Below are positions 9,937-18,252 of a stretch of 32,136 nt of DNA, in pieces; position 1 is the stretch's first letter; the number at the start of each line of letters is the position of its first letter. The position numbers and the translations under genes are program-made. The DNA comes from an uncultured Synergistales bacterium (GTDB taxonomy: Bacteria; Synergistota; Synergistia; Synergistales; Aminobacteriaceae), in the NCBI GenBank assembly GCA_937897575.1, contig CALCQG010000005.1, forward strand, positions 80,526 to 112,661, written 5' to 3'. Under the pieces are notes generated by a model. It did not search any database. It was given only the letters and a program-made list of their open reading frames with translations, and was not told where the DNA came from.

Positions 9937-11388
9937 TTGGAAAATCTAGGCATGTTAGTTCAAGAACTTTGTAAGTTACCCAATGAAACCTCTTGGGTAG
10001 AGTTTAAGCAGGACAACTGTGATCCTTATATGATTGGCAGGAGCATTAGTGCATTGGCAAACAGTGCGGCACTCTATGACAAGAGTTGCGCGTATATGTT
10101 GTGGGGAGTAGAAGATAGTGCTTCCCATACGATACGAGGTACAAATTGCAATCTGCAAACCCAGAAGAAAGGTAATCAAGAGTTAGAAAACTGGCTACGT
10201 TGTCTGCTATCAAGCAATGCAGAGTTTGATTTTCATATGGTTTTGATAGACGATAAGAGTGTGGGAGTGCTCGTCGTTTATAAAGCTGCAAATCAAACGG
10301 TTACTTTTGAAAAAACAGATTATATTAGAGTCGGGAGCTATACAAGGAAGCTAAAAGATTTCCCTTCGTTGCAAACTCAACTTTGGGATAAAATCCGGAG
10401 TTCCAGATTCGAAGAACGGTACGCTAAACAAGATTTGCCTTTGAACGACGCGCTTCAATTATTAGATTATGGTGTTTATTTCGATATCAATGGCATGCCA
10501 CAGCCAACAAATTTACAAGGTGTGGCACACTTTATGTTGGAAGAAGAAATTATCATAAAACAAGATAATGGGTTATTTGCCATTACCAATCTAGGTGCGA
10601 TCCTTTTCGCAAAGCAACTTATAAAATTCCCGAGACTTGCTAGGAAAGCAATACGAGTTGTTCAATTTCAAGGTAATAACCGCTTGAATATCTTGAAAGA
10701 AGATGTTGGTAGCAGGGGATATGTTGTTGGGTTTGAAGGACTTCTGAAGTATATAGAAGCATTAATTCCAACGCGGGAGTTGATCGTAGGAGGTTTACGT
10801 AAAAAAGAATCCTCCTACCCGCTTCTAGCGATAAGAGAAGTCGTTGCGAATGCGTTGGTTCATCAGGATTTTTCGATAACTGGCTCTGGTCCGATTATTG
10901 AGATATTCGAAAATCACCTTGAAATCACGAATTCAGGGACACCATTAGTTGACATAAAAAGAATCATCGATAATCCGCCGAGATCACGTAATGAAAAATT
11001 GGCTTCTCTTATGAGAAGACTTAGAATGTGTGAAGAACTTGGTTCTGGTTGGGATAAGATTGTTATTTCATGTGAATTCTCGCAGTTACCTGCACCTAGG
11101 ATTCATCTCTATGAAGAAAGTACACGAGTTACTTTGTTTTCGGAAGTTCCTTTTTCTAGTATTGTTGCTGAAGATAGATTATGGGCCACCTATTTACATG
11201 CTTGTATAAAACAGGTAGAGGGAGAGCAACTAACAAATAGTTCTTTACGACAACGTTTTGGACTGAAAGAAAGTGCTTCTGGAACCATCTCACGGTTGAT
11301 TCGAGATGCTGTGGAACGCAAGCTCATCAAACCCCTTGATCCGAACACGGCGCCAAGGCACATGAAATACGTGCCGATCTGGGCCTGA
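9937..11388 (+). CDS. Schlafen/AlbA_2-domain protein with RecG-C (HATPase_c_4) region and C-terminal wHTH
   Basis: ETSWVEFK, ISALAN, LWGVED (AlbA_2); AIREVVANALVHQDF, EITNSG, RSRNEKLA..MRR...CEE.GSG (HATPase_c_4); likely TTG start 9937 after AGAAGGTG (alternative GTG 9928); ~40% GC in a sampled line. Confidence 0.88.
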   Translation: MENLGMLVQELCKLPNETSWVEFKQDNCDPYMIGRSISALANSAALYDKSCAYMLWGVEDSASHTIRGTNCNLQTQKKGNQELENWLRCLLSSNAEFDFHMVLIDDKSVGVLVVYKAANQTVTFEKTDYIRVGSYTRKLKDFPSLQTQLWDKIRSSRFEERYAKQDLPLNDALQLLDYGVYFDINGMPQPTNLQGVAHFMLEEEIIIKQDNGLFAITNLGAILFAKQLIKFPRLARKAIRVVQFQGNNRLNILKEDVGSRGYVVGFEGLLKYIEALIPTRELIVGGLRKKESSYPLLAIREVVANALVHQDFSITGSGPIIEIFENHLEITNSGTPLVDIKRIIDNPPRSRNEKLASLMRRLRMCEELGSGWDKIVISCEFSQLPAPRIHLYEESTRVTLFSEVPFSSIVAEDRLWATYLHACIKQVEGEQLTNSSLRQRFGLKESASGTISRLIRDAVERKLIKPLDPNTAPRHMKYVPIWA

Positions 11389-11518
11389 TTTAACTTGCTG
11401 GTAACTTGCACGGATAGGTCGAAGGGGATGGCATCATTAAATAAAATACAGTCAATGAGATAGTCTATCAAGACATCGGACTCATGCACAACGTTTTTTT
11501 AACTTGCTGGTAACTTGC
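11389..11518. repeat. Perfect 21-bp direct repeat TTTAACTTGCTGGTAACTTGC, two copies
   Basis: Copies at 11389-11409 and 11498-11518; each contains TAACTTGC twice at 11-bp spacing. Confidence 0.95.
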
Positions 11519-11598
11519 CAAGAGAAAAGATGTAATGCTTCTTTTGGCGACGTGATGTATGGAGAAAGGTCTCGTTTAAAAGGTAGGAAGAACGTGTC

Positions 11599-11895
11599 GT
11601 GAGTTTTAGGCTAAAGGAAGATAGGGGGTGTGGCAGCGGTACCATGGTCGTTGCACTGTTGGTGTTGCCCCTCTTTGTCGGGGTAGCCTGGTTGATTGGC
11701 TTCGCCATCCTGCGCTGGCCGGCCGAGGCACTTCTTGGCTTCATCGGTGTGCCGCTCATTCTGGCACTGGTCGTTGCCTTCTTCAACATGATAATCGAGA
11801 TTGTCGTTGTGTTCATCAAAATCGTGGCCTGCGTCGTCCTCGCTGCCTGGAGCGCGGCAACGTTCCTTCTCCGCCCCTTCGCGAGAAGGGGGTAG
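11599..11895 (+). CDS. Hypothetical small membrane protein (98 aa, about 3 TM)
   Basis: GTG start after AAGGTAGGAAG; almost wholly hydrophobic with basic tail; followed by a strong hairpin. Confidence 0.5.
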   Translation: MSFRLKEDRGCGSGTMVVALLVLPLFVGVAWLIGFAILRWPAEALLGFIGVPLILALVVAFFNMIIEIVVVFIKIVACVVLAAWSAATFLLRPFARRG

Positions 11896-11947
11896 TGTAC
11901 GCTCCGTCCAGGAGCGCTCCACCTGCAAGAGGGCGATGAAGTGCATC

Positions 11948-11985
11948 AACGCCGGGCGCGGCTATTTAACCGCGCCCGGCGTTTT
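11948..11985. terminator. Strong hairpin between convergent genes, probable terminator
   Basis: AACGCCGGGCGCGG-ctatttaa-CCGCGCCCGGCGTT 14-bp perfect stem followed by TT. Confidence 0.75.
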
Positions 11986-12059
11986 GTCCGCTCCTGTCCC
12001 TTTGTCCGATGTCTTGCCCGGCGCGAGAAATCGGCTCAAAAGAGCCGGCTTTGCCGTAT

Positions 12060-13745
12060 CTACTTGATCTCGTACGGCCAGGCCGTGATGCCGCCCTCGA
12101 GGATGGCGGTGTCCTCAAACCCGGCGATCTTCAGCGCGGATATGGCATCCCAGGCTCTCCCCGAAGTTTTGCAGTACACCACGATCTCCTGCCCCTTGGG
12201 GAGTTCCCCCACCCGGGCGCGAAGAGTGCCCAGCGGGATGTTCACGGAGTCGTAGGGGAGCCTTCCCTGAAGGTCGAGCTCCTTCGGGGTCCGGACGTCC
12301 AGGATGAAGGGGGGCGTCCCGGTTGCCATCCGCTCCGCCATCTCCTCGGGCGAGTAGGTTCGCACCAGGCCGTCCATCTTGTTTCGCAGGACGTTGGCGG
12401 CGTGGGTGATGGGGTCGAGGGCCGTCGAGAAGGGCGGCGCGTAGGCGAAGTCCGTGTCGGCTAGGAGGTCGACGGTCAGCCTGCCCGTGATGGCGGCAAC
12501 AAGGGCGTCGAGGCGCTTGTCCACGGCGCCGTTGCCCATGAGCTGGGCTCCGAGGATCTGCCGGCTGTTCCGGTCCGCCACGAGGCGGATGGACATGGCG
12601 CCCATGCCGGGCATGAAGTGGGGCCTGTCGGGCTCATGAACGAGGACGGAGACAGGGTCGTACCCCGCCTCCCTGGCCTGGGCATCGTTCAGCCCCGTCC
12701 GGCCGATGGTGAGCTCGAAGAGCTTCAGGATGCCCGTGCCGATCACGCCGGCGAAGGTATCCCTCAGGCCGGCGATGGCGTCGGCGATGACCCGGCCCTG
12801 CCGGTTGGCCGTGGAGCCCATGGGCTGCCAGACCGGTTTGCCCGTGACGAGGTGCTTCGTCTGCACGCAGTCGCCTCCGGCGTAGATGTGGGGGTCGCTC
12901 GTCCGCATGCTGTCGTCCACGACGATGGTGCCGTTCTTCGCCAGTTCGAGCCCGGCCTCCTTCGCCATGGCCGTGTTCGGGCGGATGCCCACGGCCATGA
13001 GGACCATGTCCGCGTCGATGGTCCGCTTGTCCGTCCGGACGGCGGAGACCACGCCGCCGTCGCCCACGATCTCGACGACCTTCTCGCCGCCGTAGAAGTG
13101 CACGCCCTTGCCCTCGACGTATTTTTGAATCCTGAGCCCGAAGTCCTCCTCCACGAGGGCGGGGAGGGGAGTGGGCAGGAGGTCCACCACCGAGACGGAT
13201 ATCCCCCGGTTTGCAAGGGCCTCCACGACCTCCATGCCGATGAGTCCGCCGCCCACGATGACGGCGGATTTGACTCGGCCGGAGTCCACGGCGGACTTCA
13301 TGGCGAGGGCGTCGGGCATGGTCCAGAGCGTGAAGACGCTGTTCATGTCGCAGCCGGGGATGGGGGGACGTATGGCCGAGGCGCCGGTGGCGAGGACGAG
13401 GTCGTCGTAGGGGTAGATTTTTTCTTCGCCCGTCGAGATGTTTGTGGCCGTCACGGTTTTTGCCTCGCGGTCGATCTTCGTCGCGAGAGTCCTGGTGTGG
13501 ACGGTGATGTTCTTGACGTTCCGGAAGAAGGCAGCATCCCGGACGATGCCGAGGGGTGTGCAGACGAGGTCTTTGTACTCCTTCACCACGTCTCCGACGA
13601 AGTAGGGGAAGCCGCATCCGGCAAAGCTGATGTAGTCGCCCCGCTCCAGAATGGTGACGTCGCACTCCGGCGCGATTCTCGCGAGACGGGCGGCCGCCTT
13701 GGCGCCGCACGCGACGCCGCCTACGATGAGGACCTTTCTGCTCAT
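12060..13745 (-). CDS. CoA-disulfide reductase-rhodanese fusion (CoADR-RHD / CoA-persulfide reductase / Npsr-like)
   Basis: GGVACGAKAAAR, SFAGCGFPY, GGGLIGME, DFAYAPPFS; C-terminal rhodanese LDVRT...NIPLG.LR...YCKTSGRA...LEGG...W; AAGGAGG RBS. Confidence 0.93.
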   Translation of the reverse strand: MSRKVLIVGGVACGAKAAARLARIAPECDVTILERGDYISFAGCGFPYFVGDVVKEYKDLVCTPLGIVRDAAFFRNVKNITVHTRTLATKIDREAKTVTATNISTGEEKIYPYDDLVLATGASAIRPPIPGCDMNSVFTLWTMPDALAMKSAVDSGRVKSAVIVGGGLIGMEVVEALANRGISVSVVDLLPTPLPALVEEDFGLRIQKYVEGKGVHFYGGEKVVEIVGDGGVVSAVRTDKRTIDADMVLMAVGIRPNTAMAKEAGLELAKNGTIVVDDSMRTSDPHIYAGGDCVQTKHLVTGKPVWQPMGSTANRQGRVIADAIAGLRDTFAGVIGTGILKLFELTIGRTGLNDAQAREAGYDPVSVLVHEPDRPHFMPGMGAMSIRLVADRNSRQILGAQLMGNGAVDKRLDALVAAITGRLTVDLLADTDFAYAPPFSTALDPITHAANVLRNKMDGLVRTYSPEEMAERMATGTPPFILDVRTPKELDLQGRLPYDSVNIPLGTLRARVGELPKGQEIVVYCKTSGRAWDAISALKIAGFEDTAILEGGITAWPYEIK

Positions 13746-13778
13746 GTGCTCTGCTCCCTCCTTAGAGACGCATATAGG

Positions 13779-13816
13779 ATACCCACCATGGTATTTCTTC
13801 TTCGTTTTTCTGTCTA
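13779..13816 (-). promoter_or_regulatory. Promoter of CoADR-RHD with overlapping CsoR/CstR-type palindrome
   Basis: Minus strand TAGACA (13816-13811), 17 nt, TACCAT (13793-13788); palindrome ATACC-cacc at-GGTAT at 13779-13794 covers the -10 and predicted start. Confidence 0.65.
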
Positions 13817-14035
13817 CCCCTCAATGGTGTGAAACTCCGTTACGTCGATCCCCTTAACCGCGCAGAGGGCCCGGACGGCTTCGTCGCGCTCGCAGGGGAA
13901 CTCGCAGGCCAGCCCGCAGCTCGCGGAGAGGCTTCTCGGGACCGGGACGATCTTCGCGGCGATGCCCTCCTTGCGGCAGACCCGTTCGAACAGGACGGCC
14001 ATACTTGTGACGTCGAATGTGGCGAGACAGCGCAT
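13814..14035 (-). CDS. DUF3343 family protein (putative Se/S carrier-like)
   Basis: TF..TS.A..FE...K..GI...IVPVPR.LS.SCG signature; GGAGAGAAGAG upstream. Confidence 0.88.
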   Translation of the reverse strand: MRCLATFDVTSMAVLFERVCRKEGIAAKIVPVPRSLSASCGLACEFPCERDEAVRALCAVKGIDVTEFHTIEG

Positions 14036-14107
14036 GGACTCTTCTCTCCTTCCCTCGGGGCGGCGCGGCGGGTATAATCGAGGGGTCGCCCATGGAGGTG
14101 GTCACCT

Positions 14108-14272
14108 GTGAAAGTGCTCTTTCTTCTCTTCCTCTTCGCCCTCCCGTGCCTCCCGCTCCTTGCCGGACCCAAGAAGCTCCGATGGTGCAAGGGGTGCCAC
14201 GGCTGCGGCCGGTGTATGACGCGCGCAGGGGAAACCCGTCCCGTCGAAAAGGGCGGGGTGAACGGGTCGTGA
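14108..14272 (+). CDS. Unannotated 54-aa Cys-rich membrane-anchored or exported microprotein
   Basis: TATAAT 14073-14078, GGAGGTG 14094-14100, GTG 14108; MKVLFLLFLFALPCLPLLAGPKKLRWCKGCHGCGRCMTRAGETRPVEKGGVNGS; TGA overlaps capA GTG (GTGA 14269-14272). Confidence 0.7.
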   Translation: MKVLFLLFLFALPCLPLLAGPKKLRWCKGCHGCGRCMTRAGETRPVEKGGVNGS

Positions 14273-15483
14273 ATACTCTAGCACAAAGAGGGCCTGCCGT
14301 GCGGAGTGCGAACCCCGACGTTCGGGGTGCGGATCGCCGTGCTCCGGTGACGGGCGGCTTGCGGCTGCTGCTGGCCGCGGTGCTCATCATGTCGGTCCTC
14401 TTCGCGGACGGTGCCGCCGCCTCGGAGCGGGTCTCGCGGTTCTCCTTCGCGGCCGTGGGCGACGTGCTCATCCACGGTCGGCTCTACAAGGTCATGACGA
14501 AGAAGGGCGGCGGGTACGACTTCCACCCCGCCTTCCGGCTCGTTCGGGACCGCATCTCGTCCCACGATCTGGCCTTCTGCAACCAGGAGTCCATCCTCGG
14601 CGGGGCCGAGATCGGGCTGTCCACCTACCCTCGGTTCAACTCGCCCCAGGAGGTGGGCGACGCCGTGGTCCACGCCGGGTTCAACCTCGTCTCCCTGGCC
14701 AACAACCACACCCTCGACCGGGGGGAGAAGGCCATTCTCCGCTCTCTGAAGTACTGGTCCGCCCAAGAGGGTGTCTGGACGGCGGGCTCCTTTCTCACCG
14801 CCGAGGACCGGCAAAAGCCCGCTATCGTCGAGGTGAACGGCCTGACCTGCGCCTTTCTCGCCTACACCACCCTCACCAACGGCCTGAAGGCCCCCGAGGG
14901 GAAGGAGCACTACGTGAACATCTACCGGAGCGCCCAGGCGAAGGAGGACGTGCAGGCGGCCGCAGCCGGAGCCGACGTGGTGATCGTCTCCATGCACTGG
15001 GGCAGCGAGTACACCTTCACCCCGTCGTCCCAGCAGCGGACAATCGCCAAGGAGCTGGCCGCCTGGGGCGCCCACATCGTCGTGGGGCACCACCCCCACG
15101 TGGTACAGCCCGTGATGATGGAGGGGAACACCCTGGTGATCTACTCCCTGGGGAACTTCATCTCGGCCCAGAACGGCCTGGAGCGGAATATCGGCCTGCT
15201 GGTCTCCCTGGACGTGGTGCGGCGCGAGCGCGATGGGCGAAGCGCTCTCTCCTTCGAAAACGTCACGGGGACCCTGCTCTACAACCCCTCCCGGTCCAGA
15301 TTCGGCCGGTACGCGGTGATCCCCTTCGACCTCCTCACGGCGGACGTCCTCGCGAAGTTCCCCGAGGTCCACGCCCGATACGCCGCGCGGGTGAAGGTGG
15401 ACGGCACCATCGCCATGCGCGCCCCCGCAGGGGTGAAAAAGCCCGCCCCGAAGAACGGGGGCGGGCAGACGGTCCGGAAATAA
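14269..15483 (+). CDS. CapA/PgsA family metallophosphoesterase-like protein
   Basis: AVGDVLIH, NQES, YPRFNSP, SLANNHTLD, SMHWGSEY, GHHPHV, YSLGNF; N-terminal signal-like stretch; start inferred at GTG 14269 rather than ORF-track 14017. Confidence 0.88.
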   Translation: MNTLAQRGPAVRSANPDVRGADRRAPVTGGLRLLLAAVLIMSVLFADGAAASERVSRFSFAAVGDVLIHGRLYKVMTKKGGGYDFHPAFRLVRDRISSHDLAFCNQESILGGAEIGLSTYPRFNSPQEVGDAVVHAGFNLVSLANNHTLDRGEKAILRSLKYWSAQEGVWTAGSFLTAEDRQKPAIVEVNGLTCAFLAYTTLTNGLKAPEGKEHYVNIYRSAQAKEDVQAAAAGADVVIVSMHWGSEYTFTPSSQQRTIAKELAAWGAHIVVGHHPHVVQPVMMEGNTLVIYSLGNFISAQNGLERNIGLLVSLDVVRRERDGRSALSFENVTGTLLYNPSRSRFGRYAVIPFDLLTADVLAKFPEVHARYAARVKVDGTIAMRAPAGVKKPAPKNGGGQTVRK

Positions 15484-15599
15484 CACCACGAGGTGTCAAG
15501 GACAATTTCCCGTGTCATTGTGAGCCTTGAAGGGCCAAAACCCTGATTCTTAAGCCCCCGAAAACGGCCCGCGGCTCAGGTAGAACGCGGCGCGTCCCC

Positions 15600-16850
15600 T
15601 CAGCCCCCAAAGGAACGCAGGAGCGCCTCCCGCACTTCGGAGAGAGGGCGTCCCGTCTCCTCGGAGATCCGTCGCACGTCCTCGTACTCCGGGTTGACCC
15701 GAAGGAAATCCCCGCCGAGCCGGGCCGTCTTGAACCGGACGTCGCCCCACTCGGTGGGCCGCACCTCGATCTCATGTTTCGTCTTCATCCTGTCCACGGT
15801 GTACTTCCGAAGCCCCAGCGTGGTGGTCTCCCGAAGAAGAATCTCCGCGAGAGGCTCCTCCTTCTCGGGGGTGCACAGACAGCAGAGCATGGTGGCCGGG
15901 CGGCCCTTCTTCATGTGGATGGGCGTCAGCCAGACGTCAAGGGCCCCTGCAGCGAAGAGCCGCTCCATCACGGGCGGGTAGTACTGGGGGTTCATGTCGT
16001 CGATGTTGGTCTCCATCACCACGCCTCTGTCCCGCTGGAATGCGTCCTGTGTCGCCGGGTCCTCCGTCTCCATGAGGAACACCCGCAGAGCGTTGGGGAT
16101 GTCGCTGTCCCGGGTGCCGAAGCCCCTTCCCGAGGCGAGGATTTTTCCCGCCGGGAGGGTGCCGAACTCCGACGCGAGGCACCGGGCGATGAGGGCTCCC
16201 GTGGGAGTGGTGCGCTCCATGGGGCTCCCGAGGGAGTGGACGGGAAGGCCCATGAGCAACTCCGCCGTGGCGGGCGCCGGGACCGGAAGGAGGCCGTGGG
16301 CGCACTGAACGGTGCCCGAGCCCACGTTGACGGAAGAGCAGACCACCCGTCCGGCGCCGGACATTTCGGCGAGGACGAAGGCGCCGATCACGTCGGCGAT
16401 GGAGTCGATGGCCCCCACCTCGTGGAAGTGCACCTCCTCCGCCGCCACGCCGTGGACCTTCCCCTCGGCCTCGGCAAGAAGGCGGAAGGCGGCGGTGCTC
16501 CGCTCCTTCACCCAGGGGGAGAGGGGGCTTGCCTCGATGATGGCCGTCACGTCGGCCAACCCCCGATGGGGGTGCCCCTCAAGGGCTTCCACGTCCACCT
16601 TGGTCCCCGTCACGCCGTTCCTGGTCCAGGGCCGGATGGCGATGGAGAGCCGGTCGCTTCCGTGTTCGTGATCGTGATGATGGTGGTGATGGTCCTCGTC
16701 GTGGTGATGGCCGTGGTGCCCGTCGGGGAAGAGGACGATGCCCTCCATGGTCTTCAGGAAGGCCTCCCGGTCAAGGCCGAGGTCAAGCATGGCGCCGAGG
16801 AACATGTCCCCGGCGATGCCGGCGAAACAGTCGAGATAGAGCGTCTTCAT
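15600..16850 (-). CDS. larC: Nickel pincer cofactor biosynthesis protein LarC (nickel insertase)
   Basis: YLDCFAGIAGDMFLGA, His-rich linker, VHFHEVGAIDSI, AHG..PVPAPAT, TPTGA, ETNIDD, MKKGRP, ETTTLG, PEYED. Confidence 0.95.
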   Translation of the reverse strand: MKTLYLDCFAGIAGDMFLGAMLDLGLDREAFLKTMEGIVLFPDGHHGHHHDEDHHHHHHDHEHGSDRLSIAIRPWTRNGVTGTKVDVEALEGHPHRGLADVTAIIEASPLSPWVKERSTAAFRLLAEAEGKVHGVAAEEVHFHEVGAIDSIADVIGAFVLAEMSGAGRVVCSSVNVGSGTVQCAHGLLPVPAPATAELLMGLPVHSLGSPMERTTPTGALIARCLASEFGTLPAGKILASGRGFGTRDSDIPNALRVFLMETEDPATQDAFQRDRGVVMETNIDDMNPQYYPPVMERLFAAGALDVWLTPIHMKKGRPATMLCCLCTPEKEEPLAEILLRETTTLGLRKYTVDRMKTKHEIEVRPTEWGDVRFKTARLGGDFLRVNPEYEDVRRISEETGRPLSEVREALLRSFGG

Positions 16851-16892
16851 CTGTCCTCCTTCGAAAGGTCGGAGGACGGGGCCCCGCCGGTG

Positions 16893-17381
16893 CTACTTGA
16901 CCTGTATAGGCAGATCGAGGGAGGCCTTCCGTCCCGTGTTGTTGTCCGTCGCGACAAAGGTCAGGATATACCGTGCGGGGCGAAGAAGGGACGGGTCGAT
17001 CGTCACGGTGAAGTACATGCCCTTCATGGGATCCGTCACGATGTTCTTCGAGACGACGACGCCCTTCTGCTCCACGCCCACCTTTCCCGATTTGTCCTTC
17101 ACGAGGAGGTCCAGGACGAGGTCGAGCTGGTACATGTCCCCCTCCTTTTTGTTCTCGAAGCCGTTGACCTCGAGATAGGCGGTGATCTTCTCCTGCTGGC
17201 TGAACGCCGGCGAGGGGTGCTCCGTGTACTGGCCGTACCCCGTCACCTCCGTGACGAAGAGTCCCTTGACGAAATCAAACCCGGCGGCATGGCTTGCGGA
17301 GAGACAGAGACAGAAGACCGCGGCGAGGCTGGCGACGATACTGAACGCCCCTCTGCGAAGGGGGCGCGGTGACTGGTTCAT
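16893..17381 (-). CDS. Hypothetical exported beta-rich protein (162 aa)
   Basis: GGAGGTGG RBS; signal-peptide-like N-terminus ending SHA-A; host-like codon usage; 42 nt upstream of larC; minus-strand TATAAT at 17418-17423. Confidence 0.75.
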   Translation of the reverse strand: MNQSPRPLRRGAFSIVASLAAVFCLCLSASHAAGFDFVKGLFVTEVTGYGQYTEHPSPAFSQQEKITAYLEVNGFENKKEGDMYQLDLVLDLLVKDKSGKVGVEQKGVVVSKNIVTDPMKGMYFTVTIDPSLLRPARYILTFVATDNNTGRKASLDLPIQVK

Positions 17382-17489
17382 GGTTCCACCTCCCGGATAG
17401 GTCGCGGAAACAAATGTATTATACCCTATCCGAAAAACCGACTCCTTTGGTACAATCGTCGAGGAAATCATCGCAGGCGAGGTCTCCCC

Positions 17490-18170
17490 ATGACGAAAGA
17501 AACCGGGCACGGCCCGACGAACCACTGGATCGATCTCGAATCGGACTGGAAGGACGCTCTCGCCCCGTCGGGCGGCGAGCGGCTGACGGGCTGCTTCGAC
17601 GGCGCGTCCCGGGGCAACCCCGGGCCGGCCGGCGCCGGGGCGGCCCTCCTCGACGGCAGGGGCGAGATCCTCTGGCGCTGCGCCGAGCCCCTCGGCGAGC
17701 GGACGAACAACGAGGCCGAGTACCTGGCCCTCATCCTCCTGCTTGAGGAGGCGGATCGCCGGGGCGCCTCCGTGGACATCCGGGGGGACAGCCAGCTCGT
17801 GGTCAATCAGGTGACGGGCCGGTGGAAGATCAAGGAGCCCCGTCTCGCCCTCCTGGCCTCCGACGCCGTCGCCCTCCTCCGAAAGACGGGCAGCACGCTG
17901 ACCTGGGTGCCCAGGGACCGGAACGCGCTGGCCGACGACCTGTCGAACCGGGCCCTCGACGGCCCGGCGGAGAACAGGCAGGCCTTCGCACCCGCGGGCA
18001 GGACCTTCGACCCCGAACGGCTCGAAAAAATGACGGAGACGCTCTTCATCGCTCACGGGACGGAGGACTACGCTGTGGACCTGCTCCACGGCGCCTGCAC
18101 CTGCCCGGCCTTCCAGCGCTCCCGACGATGCAAGCACCTGGACGCCGCACAGAAGCACTTCGCGAAATAA
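17490..18170 (+). CDS. rnhA: Ribonuclease HI family protein with C-terminal SWIM-type zinc finger
   Basis: FDGASRGNPG, TNNEAEY, GDSQLV, VPRDRNALAD keep all four acidic residues; C-terminal CTCPAF...CKH; extended -10 TGGTACAAT 17448-17456. Confidence 0.88.
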   Translation: MTKETGHGPTNHWIDLESDWKDALAPSGGERLTGCFDGASRGNPGPAGAGAALLDGRGEILWRCAEPLGERTNNEAEYLALILLLEEADRRGASVDIRGDSQLVVNQVTGRWKIKEPRLALLASDAVALLRKTGSTLTWVPRDRNALADDLSNRALDGPAENRQAFAPAGRTFDPERLEKMTETLFIAHGTEDYAVDLLHGACTCPAFQRSRRCKHLDAAQKHFAK

Positions 18171-18252
18171 GCCCTTTTACCCATGAAGGGACCCGCCCTA
18201 TCTGATATCGTCGCTGGACGAAGTGCAGAGCGAATGGAGGGTACCGCCCGTC

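Noticed and set aside
11389..11518. Possible CRISPR mini-array
   Set aside because: Only two 21-bp repeats, an 88-nt spacer, internally tandem rather than palindromic, and no cas genes
14017..14268. ORF-track N-terminal extension of CapA
   Set aside because: Overlaps DUF3343 and the promoter region, has no RBS, and a better-supported microprotein occupies another frame
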